Shown: piece after piece, positions 32,645-42,327 of the stretch | How positions within the stretch are numbered: position 1 is the stretch's first letter | Layout of the letters: each line of letters starts with the position of its first letter | Assembly (NCBI GenBank): GCA_030141605.1 | Contig: JAQGDQ010000347.1 | Span: forward strand, 64,759 to 128,758 | From: Tubiluchus corallicola | Taxonomy: Eukaryota; Animalia; Priapulida | Length of the DNA: 64,000 nt | Direction of reading: 5' to 3' | Translations under genes and position numbers: made by a program | Notes under the pieces: generated by a model | The model's input: the letters and a program-made list of their open reading frames with translations, nothing else | Told to the model about the DNA's origin: nothing | Databases searched by the model: none

Positions 32645-34291
32645 CCTGTTTTGTGCACCACAACGACGCCCCAAGAATGCACTATTGATTATCAGCAAGA
32701 TAGGAATTTCAAATTTGCATTTTGGGTGCTGCATGCTTAATTTTATGCATGTTTGTCCGAAAAAATAAGAATCGGGAGTGGTTCTGTGAGTGTACAGATA
32801 ATCTCAAAAAATCATGGTAAATATAAGGTTGTAAAAACCGTAGGTTGCGCAAAAACAAAGCGGGAAGAAGAATTGCTTTTATTGCTTGCCAACACAGAGA
32901 TAGAGCGGCTTAGGGGCATGCAATCGCTTTTTGTTGAACACGATGATTTGGTGGTTGAAAACTTTGTGGGCAGCATTGCAAACAATCATTTACAAGTTGT
33001 AGGAAGTGAATTAATTTTAGGCAAAATTTATCAAGTCTTTAACTTTCCGGATGATGGGTGCTGCAATTATTTTCGCAACCTGGTATTATGTCGGTTAGTG
33101 TACCCGGGAAGCAAATTAAAAACCGTTGACTATTTTAGACAGCACCTGAATACAGATGTTAGCGTACACACTATTTATCGTTTCCTTGACGAGCTAAATA
33201 CAAGTTTAAAGCCACAAATTGAACAACTTACCTTTAAGCACACCAGGAAGCTACTAAAAGGAAAAATAAGTGTCGCATTTTATGATATGACCACATTGTA
33301 TTTTGAGGCATCAGAAGAAGATGACTACCGTATTCCCGGATTCAACAAAGATGGCAAGCATCAACAACCGCAAATAATGATAGGTTTACTGGTGGGTAAA
33401 TATGGATACCCGATTGGCTATCAAATATTCGAGGGAAACACCTCTGAAACAAAAACACTAATCCCTGTTCTGGAAGCCTTTCAAAATAAATTTAATATCG
33501 AAAGGCCTATTGTAGTTGCCGATGCAGCTTTACTCTCGCAGAAGAACATAAATGCCTTGATTGAAAACAAATACGAGTACATACTTGGAGGACGGATAAA
33601 GAATGAAAGTCAAAAAATAAAAGAAAAAATTATAGCTCTTGATATTAAAGAAAACAAGCCAGTTGAGTTGAAAAACAAGAATGGAAGGTTGATTATCAGC
33701 TTCTCAGAAAAAAGAGCCTTCAACGATAAAAAAACAGAGAGAAGGGCTTAAAAAGACTTGAAAAACGTGTTGCTTCCGGCAAGCTAACAAAGAATCGCAT
33801 AAATAATCGCGGGTATAATAAATATCTGAATCTGTCGGGGGAGATTGCCGTTAAAATCGACTACGATAAGTTCCAGTCAGATAGAGTTTGGGATGGGTTG
33901 AAGGGTTATGTAACCAATACCCATTTACCGAGAAAAGATGTTATCGGGAATTATAGTCAGTTGTGGCAAGTGGAAAAAGCTTTTCGTATATCAAAAACTG
34001 ATTTACGAATACGGCCAGTTTATCACCGCTTAAAAGAACGCATTGAAGCCCATATCTGTATTTGTTTCACAGCCTATGCCATTTACAAAGAGCTGGAAAG
34101 GTTATTGAAGGCAAATAATATTGATATCTCTGCTGAAAAAGCCTTGGAACAAATCCGGCAGATCAGGCAGCTGCAATACACTCTGCCCAAATCGAAACAA
34201 GTCAGAACAAAAATATTACAGCCAACTGAAATGCAAAAAAAGTTGTTAAATATGAAATTATAAACTTGGGTGCTGCAATGCACAAAACAGG
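32645..34291 (+). mobile_element. IS1634-family insertion sequence (1647 bp)
   Basis: Perfect 13-bp terminal IRs CCTGTTTTGTGCA/TGCACAAAACAGG; transposase motifs FYDMTTLYFE, G.NKDGK, FEGNTSE, VVADAALLS, LWQVEKAFRISK. Confidence 0.92.
32749..34263 (+). pseudogene. IS1634 transposase, frameshifted
   Basis: MFVRKNKNR start at 32749 shifts at CGGG (~32775); second shift in A-run at ~33733. Confidence 0.85.
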
Positions 34292-34432
34292 AGCTATAGG
34301 GTCATTGCACTGTAATAACAACCATCTTGTAGAATTGGATGTGAGCAATAATACTTCTTTAAGGAATTTTATTTGTGATAATAATCATCTCTCATATTTG
34401 GACCTTAGTAAGAATACTGCTCTAGGCTATTT
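34292..34432 (+). repeat. 141-bp direct repeat, right copy
   Basis: Identical to 32504-32644 and abuts the IS right IR. Confidence 0.95.
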
Positions 34433-34655
34433 GTCTTGCCATGAAAACAATCTTACAAGTTTGGATGTGAGTAACAACAAAAACTTAGATATTTTGTCTG
34501 TAGATAAAGCTTTAATGTGTGAGCCCTCTATTGTAAGTCAGAATCCACGTTTTTGCACTTTCTGGACTAAAAGTGGTCGTATGCTCCAATATAGACCTGA
34601 ATTGGAGTGCAATTAGTAGGAGGAAAGACAAGAACTAAAAAAATAATTATGAACT

Positions 34656-34693
34656 AAAAAAGTCGTGTCACACAAAGTAACACGACTTTTTTT
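34656..34693. terminator. Bidirectional intrinsic terminator
   Basis: AAAAAAGTCGTGT...ACACGACTTTTTTT between convergent genes. Confidence 0.75.
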
Positions 34694-34812
34694 AATATTT
34701 GTAGGCGTAGTGGTAACTTTCCCAACATAACTCAATATCTTTCGCTTCACAAAGATATCCGGACATAAAAACTGAAAGCCTTTGGCTAACAGTTGACAAC
34801 TAATGCCATATT

Positions 34813-35754
34813 TTATCCCAGCAATCGTTCTGACACTTCTGTGCACTCATTTTCATCCATACACACCTGACGAAAAATATCGGCAATATCGTTGGATTCT
34901 ATTCTCTCAAAATCTTCAGACCGAGGCGTAATAAATACCCCCCCCATGTCTACTGATGCCGGGCTAATCAGAATCTGCTCATCACCCTCAGCAAAATAAC
35001 AGGCCGGACGATGAAGAACTCGTGGAAACACATGCACCACATACTCTTTACCGTCATAATAGGTCAGCACGTTAATCATGGGTTCAGCATCCTCCACCTG
35101 GCTTAACCGGAGTAACTTATGTAGCCTTACAAACAACCGAACAATCATCCCGGTATTATTGCCACTACTAAAAGTGATGACTCCACGACTATAACCCTGC
35201 CAACTATACACCTCAACCCCATCTGCCATAAAAACTCGTTTCGCGAAAGTGCTGTCTTTGAAATCTTTTTCTATAGGCATAACCCCTTTCATACCTGCCT
35301 GAAAATGAAAATGATCCGGTGCTGATGCTCCACATTTAGCACCATTATAGAATAAAACAAACCCTTCGAGCTCCCTCGCCAACTCAAGCATTGATGAAAA
35401 GTAAGGCTCAAGTAGTTGCAAAACATGCTCCCTGTGAGATATTGTCAAATGCTCAGGGAAAATTGGAAAAGGATTAATTAAAATAGTGTAATCGCCAAAA
35501 CCAACTCCCTCCTGCTCGGGTGGACGGTTTTTCTCACACAAAAAGCAAGGACGCTCTCGTATTGATATGGCATCTACCTTAGCTGCAGAAGAACGAATAC
35601 GCCCGGGGTTAAACTGTACTTTTATTTCACTACCACCTTCAAGTATTACCCTTTTAGTCCTCACATTCTGCAACCCGGCATAATTTCGTGTGGCCAAGCT
35701 CCAATTTTGAATCTGGCCTACTATTAACTTTTTGACTTTAAGAGAAATATCCAT
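34813..35754 (-). CDS. DUF4922 protein (HIT/GalT-like HxHxQ nucleotidyltransferase fold)
   Basis: VQFNPGRIRSSAAK, RPCFLC, NPFPIF, YNGAKCGASAPDHFHFQ, ISPASVDMGG. Confidence 0.85.
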   Translation of the reverse strand: MDISLKVKKLIVGQIQNWSLATRNYAGLQNVRTKRVILEGGSEIKVQFNPGRIRSSAAKVDAISIRERPCFLCEKNRPPEQEGVGFGDYTILINPFPIFPEHLTISHREHVLQLLEPYFSSMLELARELEGFVLFYNGAKCGASAPDHFHFQAGMKGVMPIEKDFKDSTFAKRVFMADGVEVYSWQGYSRGVITFSSGNNTGMIVRLFVRLHKLLRLSQVEDAEPMINVLTYYDGKEYVVHVFPRVLHRPACYFAEGDEQILISPASVDMGGVFITPRSEDFERIESNDIADIFRQVCMDENECTEVSERLLG

Positions 35755-35764
35755 TATTTTACAC

Positions 35765-37231
35765 TTATACCTGTTGCCCTTTAGCTATATACTGCTGACG
35801 CGCTTTGAGCTCTATGGTTCTGATTTTATCCTTATAGAAATTATGTGTATTCATCATACTGATACCTAATGATGCATCTGAATTGTCATCCCAGCGACGA
35901 CACAGGTATAATGGCTCATAAATACGCCCAATCTGATATTGGCGGCTGATGCTTAATCCTAAAGCATAATCCTCCCCATAGCTGGTATTCGGCACTTTCA
36001 CACAACGTAACACTGGTGTATAAAAAGCTCGTGGCGCTCCCAGACCATTAATACGTAAAGCATTATTACGACCATTATCCGGCGTCCACTCTTTATGATC
36101 AATCAAACCGGGAGGAATCTCCTCCAACTTAAAATTTACCATCTGATAACTCCCCACTACCATGGCGCAACTCTGCTCATAAAATGCTTTTACCACAAGC
36201 CTAATAACGCTATCATCGATATACAGGTCATCACTATCTAGCTGGATAGCAAACTTGCCGCAACGCTCATCTGCCACCGCAACATTCCAGCAACCGCCTA
36301 TGCCCAAGTCACTCCGCTCAGGAATAATATGTATCAATCGCTCATCATCAAACGAACGGATTATTTCAGAAGTCCTATCTGTAGAATGGTTATCAACTAC
36401 AATAAGATTAAATTCAAAATCGGCTTTCTGCTTTAAAGCCGATACAATGGCATCCCTAATAGTCTTCTCACGGTTGCGTACCGGAATAATAACTGATGCC
36501 TCAACAGGGTAACTCCCTTTCGCAAACTCAATAGGTTTAAATATCGGCTTTAAATAAGCCCCAATCTCTTTTAAATGAGCTGTACAAACCCGCTCCATTT
36601 CAATCTGACGACTACGGTTACGCGGGTCTACATAATCAAACACTTTCTCACCTGACTTACGGCTATCTAACTCCACTTCTGAATAAAGCAACTCAGGCAA
36701 ATGCATTAACTCGTACTTTTGCGACACACGCAATCTTAAATCATACAAAGCTGCAAATTGATACTCAGCATCCATGGTCTCCACAGCACCTTTTAGCGCT
36801 TCAGCCGTAAATAGTAGCAACGAGCCAAAATTGAAATCATCACGCAGGCTACCCGCCTGGTATTCAATTACAGGATGAGCACTCATTTTGCCCTCTCTCC
36901 TCTCGTAATAATCTGAATATACCATTCCTGCACCGGCATCGGTACAGCAGTGGCACATACGCTCCAATGCATTCATACCAATGTTAAGCTCCATAGATTT
37001 GGTGTATACTGCTACAAATTTGCCTGTAACCTCACTTAAAAGCTGCTTCCATGTAGCAGTAGCATCCAGACCACCTTTAGACACTACAACTTTAGCCCCG
37101 TCAACAATAACACTCTCTTTAGCAACAACTACAATATTCACCTCTTCCCCAGACTCTTGAAATGACTTAACCGTTTGTGTTAACTCTTCCTTATTTGAAT
37201 AAGGAAGAATACAGGTAATTTTCTCAAACAT
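35765..37231 (-). CDS. Glycosyltransferase family 2 protein with tandem GT-A-like domains
   Basis: SVIIPVRNRE, VVDNHSTD, QLDSDD, YGEDY; degenerate N-terminal GT-like half. Confidence 0.88.
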   Translation of the reverse strand: MFEKITCILPYSNKEELTQTVKSFQESGEEVNIVVVAKESVIVDGAKVVVSKGGLDATATWKQLLSEVTGKFVAVYTKSMELNIGMNALERMCHCCTDAGAGMVYSDYYERREGKMSAHPVIEYQAGSLRDDFNFGSLLLFTAEALKGAVETMDAEYQFAALYDLRLRVSQKYELMHLPELLYSEVELDSRKSGEKVFDYVDPRNRSRQIEMERVCTAHLKEIGAYLKPIFKPIEFAKGSYPVEASVIIPVRNREKTIRDAIVSALKQKADFEFNLIVVDNHSTDRTSEIIRSFDDERLIHIIPERSDLGIGGCWNVAVADERCGKFAIQLDSDDLYIDDSVIRLVVKAFYEQSCAMVVGSYQMVNFKLEEIPPGLIDHKEWTPDNGRNNALRINGLGAPRAFYTPVLRCVKVPNTSYGEDYALGLSISRQYQIGRIYEPLYLCRRWDDNSDASLGISMMNTHNFYKDKIRTIELKARQQYIAKGQQV

Positions 37232-37256
37232 TCTATCTTGTATTTAGCCCTTTAAA

Positions 37257-40200
37257 TTATTCAGCCTTAATAAAAAAATCAAGAATATCTTTCATTAAGG
37301 CATCACGTTCACTCTCTTTAATAATCGTCTCAAAAGGAAAGCCAAGCATCACATTTTTATACTCTCCGTTATAGATAGTTCCAGCACTGGCATTATTTTC
37401 TTTATAACGAAAGGCCGTTATTGCATCTTTACCCAACGGCTCAATAGCGTCAGGCGCCTCCACCGTATAAAAATCTGGGTGGTAGTCCGTATTAAAAGTA
37501 TACTCACCTCTAATAATCGGGATAGCATAATCAGTTGTATACACACTTCCCCCTTTAGCAGCATGATTAGTTCGCCAATAAAAATGCAACACTTCAGACA
37601 CAAATGCCTCTGCAATAGTATCATTTTGAAGTATAAAATCAGAAGCTATATAAGCGCCACTCATAAATATATGCTGTCCATTAGCTGTTACCTGCTTTAT
37701 TTTATCCATAAAAGCTGGTGTGTAAACGATATATCTCGGCTCTCCTCCTTCATGTGACACCGTTGTCTTCTCCTCTCCCAATATTACATCAATTGCCTTA
37801 TAAACCGATGCATCGTATGATTTACTTTCAAACACTTCATCACTTACAGAAACAAAAGAGTAGCCCGCCCTCATAATTGACTCCCCATGAACCATAACAT
37901 TATCAAAACTATTACCTTTTATAACCTTGGATTCGCTATCTCCGTGACTGGCTCCCCATCCCGGACTATCATCATCCAACCAGGGAGACTGACGATTAAA
38001 ATCGTACTGATGACCTGTATATGCATATTCAAACTTATCTGGTACACCATGATCATCCCACCAGGCCACACCTGCAAAATTGCCCTCATCAATAAATGAC
38101 GGAGCACTAATACGGTCAAAAGCATTCACCACTAAAACCTTCTCAGCTTGCTCTCCTGCTATACCCATTGACAAAACCTCACTTGGCATGCTTTCGCCTC
38201 CATCATTAAGAGCAGTTACTTTATAACTTACAATCTGCCCCTTATCTGCCTTTGGTAATATGCAAGATGTGTCTTCAACAATGGTTCCGTTGTCAAACCC
38301 GCTGCTTCCAACACGGCGATAAACTCTGTATTTTGTTGGAATTGCCGTTGGCTCCAGGGAATCTGCTACCGCCTGCCAACTCAACTTATAACCATCGGTG
38401 CTTTCGGTAATTGCCAAATGGCTTACCGGCAGGGGGTGCACCACATAATCTCTCCCTTCCTGAAATGCTAAAAACTTAAGTATGCCCTTATAAACAGCCC
38501 GACTTACATTAAAACGAAAGTGAGGGTCCAGCCCATACCTCATATCTGCCAGATTCTGGTGCGATAAAAGTTCTAGTAGCATAGTTGGCACATTAGGCCT
38601 CCATGCTTCTGAATACTGCCTATCCCATATTCCCCTGTGCCTCCATTTTTCATTGTACAACACCCGAATATCTTCTACTATTTGCGTCTGGACAATGTCT
38701 GTTAAATCCCGGCTGGCAAGTTTAGACTGGCCGCTAAGAAAAACCCTTTCATCCCGTTCTGAACTGTAAATCCCAAGTGTTCCAATAACTGAATCATCAG
38801 GTGTTACCCCTGCATCGGTGTGGAAAGCAAGTGCTAAATCAACAGGCAGGCTTAACCCTGCTGCATCTCTGTTTTTAGCAGGCCCGTTAGGTGCTCCCAT
38901 TAAGTAATTAACCCACTCACCACGACTTTGATAATCATCATTATAATCATTCTTATCCTCATTGAGACTATATATCAACGTATCGGGCATACCTGCGTAT
39001 TGTAACCAATAACGTGAAGCCTCAGTATAGCGGGGACGCTGTGAGGTTTTCCATGTAAAACTGTTAGGGTTTACCTTTTCCCCTTCCACCTCATCTCCTC
39101 CTTCGGATCTTAACGACCATTTATTAGGGATCACCTCATCGGCAGGACGACGAGCCACATTCCCCATTCCCCCTCCAATACGTACTGCATCAAGTGAAAC
39201 CTGCCCGTTGCCATAAACCTCAACTGATGACCCTTTACCTTTCTTAAAGCAAAAAGTACCTAAATAGGCCCATGTACCTCCACCCATAGTTTGGTTTAAC
39301 ACATATGAAGTGCTCCCTCCACTATGTTTAATCGTGTACTTTACCTCTTCAGAGTTACTTGGCGACTGCCTATATGATACATAAACCGCATACTCGCCAT
39401 CCTCAGGTATCTCCGGCAAATACTCTGCAACTTTGCCGTTGGCATTTATAACAGTTTGAGATCTCCCACCCGTAAAAGGATTATCCCCTGAAAAAAGAGT
39501 ATCTTTATAAGCAAAGCCTCTCTCTCTCTTTATCCTAAGACCCTCTGCAACTATCAGTTCCGAACTTCCACTCGACCAGTCATCATCTACTATTATTTCA
39601 TTTCTCTGAAAGCATCGTTCGCGTGGCATAAACACTGTTGCTCCTGAATTTTCGAGCATAGGAGCAATATATTGTAGCACATATATCATTGGTGAAATAT
39701 CTTCAACAGATCCGTACAGACGTGCACGCTGCCACTCCCATCTGTCAAGCTTCGACTCGTAATACCAGCCATGGCTATGATACAGTGCAACATAATTGTT
39801 CGCTAGCCCTTTGGCAAAGTTCTCTGCCCCCACTTTATAAATATACTTTGCTTTATCTATTTTAGCCGGCAGCCTCGACCTGTCCACATCTTGACTATAT
39901 ATATTAGGAATCAGCTCTACAAGCTCATATCCACCCGTATATACACCTACTTGATAACCTTTAATCTTCCCCTTTAGTTCGGCAGTCAAACTGTTCTTAA
40001 AAATTGCCTCTGCCTCATGCCTCCAGGGTAAATGAGATAAAGCCTTGTTAAAATAGAAGGCAACCTCTTTCTCCGAATGATTTACCTTAAATGAATCAAG
40101 CTGAATATTTCCCACATGTGCCCACTTCTGCAAAGGAAACTGCCAATCTACCATTGACTTTCGCAGCTTTTTCTCATGCCTGTCTTTAGCTCTGGCCTGA

Positions 40201-40268
40201 GCAGCAACACTAATGAACCAGCAGGAACAGATAGCTGCTAAAACAATTGCTTTTAATATAGCTCTCAC
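37257..40268 (-). CDS. Secreted multidomain protein (usually labelled xanthan lyase); Amidase_3-like core, golvesin/CBM-like insert, Fn3
   Basis: Signal peptide; YHSHG..., VED, AFHTDA, LLELL; GEYAVYVSY...GGTWAYLGTF; YKVTALNDGGESMPS. Confidence 0.75.
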   Translation of the reverse strand: MRAILKAIVLAAICSCWFISVAAQARAKDRHEKKLRKSMVDWQFPLQKWAHVGNIQLDSFKVNHSEKEVAFYFNKALSHLPWRHEAEAIFKNSLTAELKGKIKGYQVGVYTGGYELVELIPNIYSQDVDRSRLPAKIDKAKYIYKVGAENFAKGLANNYVALYHSHGWYYESKLDRWEWQRARLYGSVEDISPMIYVLQYIAPMLENSGATVFMPRERCFQRNEIIVDDDWSSGSSELIVAEGLRIKRERGFAYKDTLFSGDNPFTGGRSQTVINANGKVAEYLPEIPEDGEYAVYVSYRQSPSNSEEVKYTIKHSGGSTSYVLNQTMGGGTWAYLGTFCFKKGKGSSVEVYGNGQVSLDAVRIGGGMGNVARRPADEVIPNKWSLRSEGGDEVEGEKVNPNSFTWKTSQRPRYTEASRYWLQYAGMPDTLIYSLNEDKNDYNDDYQSRGEWVNYLMGAPNGPAKNRDAAGLSLPVDLALAFHTDAGVTPDDSVIGTLGIYSSERDERVFLSGQSKLASRDLTDIVQTQIVEDIRVLYNEKWRHRGIWDRQYSEAWRPNVPTMLLELLSHQNLADMRYGLDPHFRFNVSRAVYKGILKFLAFQEGRDYVVHPLPVSHLAITESTDGYKLSWQAVADSLEPTAIPTKYRVYRRVGSSGFDNGTIVEDTSCILPKADKGQIVSYKVTALNDGGESMPSEVLSMGIAGEQAEKVLVVNAFDRISAPSFIDEGNFAGVAWWDDHGVPDKFEYAYTGHQYDFNRQSPWLDDDSPGWGASHGDSESKVIKGNSFDNVMVHGESIMRAGYSFVSVSDEVFESKSYDASVYKAIDVILGEEKTTVSHEGGEPRYIVYTPAFMDKIKQVTANGQHIFMSGAYIASDFILQNDTIAEAFVSEVLHFYWRTNHAAKGGSVYTTDYAIPIIRGEYTFNTDYHPDFYTVEAPDAIEPLGKDAITAFRYKENNASAGTIYNGEYKNVMLGFPFETIIKESERDALMKDILDFFIKAE

Positions 40269-40350
40269 CTTTGTGGTAACACTTATTATTACTAATCGAA
40301 AATATTCCGGTACACCAAAAATAGAAAGTTTTTCCTAAGGCCCAAATTTA

Positions 40351-40361
40351 TGTCATACATG
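40351..40361. promoter_or_regulatory. Candidate GntR/FadR operator
   Basis: TGTCATACATG between divergent amidase-like gene and kinase-murQ. Confidence 0.45.
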
Positions 40362-40508
40362 TTACATGTCGCTTTTGATTTCTATACTGTTTATTTCTAA
40401 ATTTACACTATATTTACCTCAAGCACATCGCCAAAAAATACATAAAAATCAGCACCTTAAGACCTTACAAGAGCGATGATTAGTTTATAACATGCCATAA
40501 AGCTATAT

Positions 40509-41369
40509 ATGATACTAATTGCAGATAGCGGTTCAACCAAGACAGAATGGCGCTTACTAGGCAGAAGCAACTCCCATTTGAAGACATGTATTACAAAAGG
40601 CATTAATCCATTCTATCAAACTTCATCTGAGATACTCAAAAGTTTAAACGAAGAGTATAAATTAAACAATATTAAGCTTCAGGAAGTTCATTTTTATGGC
40701 GCCGGCTGTGCTAATAAAGAGAAAAATAAAATAGTAAAAGCTGCGCTTACTAGGTTTTTTACCACCGAAAATATTACAGTAAACAGCGATCTAACCGGAG
40801 CTGCTCGCTCATTATGCCAAAATGATAAAGGGGTTGCCTGTATTTTAGGTACAGGATCCAACTCATGCTACTACAACGGGCATGAGGTGATTGCAAATGT
40901 TTCTCCTCTGGGTTTTATTATTGGAGACGAGGGTAGCGGTGCCGCACTAGGTAAAAAATTAATAGGCGATATATTTAAAAACCAGCTCTCAGATGAAGTC
41001 ACTGAAATATTTTTTAAGGAGTACCGAACAGACAGAACTGAAGTACTTGATAATATTTACAAGCGCCCTTTACCTAATCGCTACTTGGCTCAATACACCA
41101 AATTTATCTCTGCTAACATACATATTAAAGAATTAGAGAAGCTAGTGATTACATCGTTCAATGAGTTTATTTGCCGTAATCTGCTTCAATATGAAAACGT
41201 TTTTAAGGTTAAGATTAACTTCACAGGCAGTATCGCTTATCATTTTAGACCACAACTCAAAAAAGCTTTAACCCAGTTCGATTTAACACTAGGTATAATT
41301 ACGCAGGCACCAATGGACGGCCTAGTACAGTATCACCACCAGCTAAAAAATTGTAATGGCAAAAAATAA
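40509..41369 (+). CDS. BadF/BcrA-type N-acetylmuramate/N-acetylglucosamine kinase (MurK-like)
   Basis: LIADSGSTKTEW, FYGAGC, ILGTGSNS, GDEGSG; overlaps murQ. Confidence 0.85.
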   Translation: MILIADSGSTKTEWRLLGRSNSHLKTCITKGINPFYQTSSEILKSLNEEYKLNNIKLQEVHFYGAGCANKEKNKIVKAALTRFFTTENITVNSDLTGAARSLCQNDKGVACILGTGSNSCYYNGHEVIANVSPLGFIIGDEGSGAALGKKLIGDIFKNQLSDEVTEIFFKEYRTDRTEVLDNIYKRPLPNRYLAQYTKFISANIHIKELEKLVITSFNEFICRNLLQYENVFKVKINFTGSIAYHFRPQLKKALTQFDLTLGIITQAPMDGLVQYHHQLKNCNGKK

Positions 41370-42183
41370 AAAAGAGAAGAAGTTAAGCATAACCGAATCC
41401 CCCTCCCGCTTTGATAACCTGGAGAAGATGTCGGTAGAGGAGTTAATTACAAATATTAACCTGGAGGATGCTAATGTGCATGTAGCCGTTAAAAATGCAC
41501 TACCTCAAATCAGGAAGCTGGTTGAGCGTATTATTAAACGAATGAAGCAAGGCGGCAGAATATTCTATCTTGGAGCCGGGACGAGCGGGCGCCTGGGTGT
41601 ATTAGATGCCTCTGAGCTTCCGCCAACATTCGGCGTGCCCGACAATATGGTTATTGGACTTATTGCAGGCGGCGATATTGCTCTTCGAAAAGCGGTCGAA
41701 GCGGCAGAAGATGACCCAGACAAGGCTTGGAGTGAATTATGCGAATATAAAGTAGATAGCCTGGATACTGTAATTGGCATTGCCGCATCCGGGACAACAC
41801 CTTATGTTATTGGCGGTATTAGGCATGCACGCAAAAATGGCCTATTAACCGGCTGCATCACAAGCAACCTCAAAAGTAAAGTGGCAGAAGTAACTGAGTT
41901 CCCTGTCGAAGCTATTGTTGGCCCTGAATTTGTTACCGGTAGTACCAGATTAAAAGCCGGAACAGCTCAAAAAATGATCCTTAATATGATCACCACTACA
42001 ATTATGATACAATTGGGGCGTGTTAAAGGAAATAGAATGGTCAATATGCAACTCACCAATAAAAAGCTTATTGACAGAGGTTCCAGAATGATTATGGAAG
42101 AACTAAAATTGAATTACGAAGAGGCTGAAAACCTTCTTCTAAAGCATGGGTCGGTTAAAAAGGCAATAGAAGCTTATAAATAA
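41356..42183 (+). CDS. murQ: N-acetylmuramate-6-phosphate etherase
   Basis: GAGTSGRLGVLDASELPPTFG, GPEFVTGSTRLKAGTAQKMILNMI. Confidence 0.97.
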   Translation: MAKNKKEKKLSITESPSRFDNLEKMSVEELITNINLEDANVHVAVKNALPQIRKLVERIIKRMKQGGRIFYLGAGTSGRLGVLDASELPPTFGVPDNMVIGLIAGGDIALRKAVEAAEDDPDKAWSELCEYKVDSLDTVIGIAASGTTPYVIGGIRHARKNGLLTGCITSNLKSKVAEVTEFPVEAIVGPEFVTGSTRLKAGTAQKMILNMITTTIMIQLGRVKGNRMVNMQLTNKKLIDRGSRMIMEELKLNYEEAENLLLKHGSVKKAIEAYK

Positions 42184-42207
42184 CAAGGTTTAGTGTAATA
42201 ACCAGCT

Positions 42208-42327
42208 GAAGCATTTGCAGGGCAAAAGGCTTTGACTAATACTGAGAAAAACTCGATGAAAGACCTCCGTTTACTGATATAAATGAATATTTTGAAGAGG
42301 ATCTTGGCGAAAATAAGAGTAGCAAAT
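42208..42327 (+). repeat. MITE-like repeat family A, copy hit by IS256
   Basis: GAAAAACTCGATGAAAGACCTCCGTTTACTGATATAAATG...TTTGAAGAGGA. Confidence 0.7.

Larger units (their letters stand above)
31516..34616 (+). pseudogene. Leucine-rich-repeat surface protein pseudogene
   Basis: 21-aa repeats N-LTSLDVSNN..L..L.C; 5' truncated; frameshifts near 32100 and 32275; split by IS1634. Confidence 0.85.

Noticed and set aside
32100-33740. Frameshifts as general sequencing error
   Set aside because: Housekeeping genes with many homopolymer runs are intact; shifts are confined to the LRR and IS, favouring real decay, though reads are needed to be sure.
31516-34616. Diversity-generating retroelement (repeat pair in a surface-protein gene)
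   Set aside because: The two 141-bp copies are identical, with no adenine-specific differences and no reverse transcriptase; explained by IS1634 target duplication.
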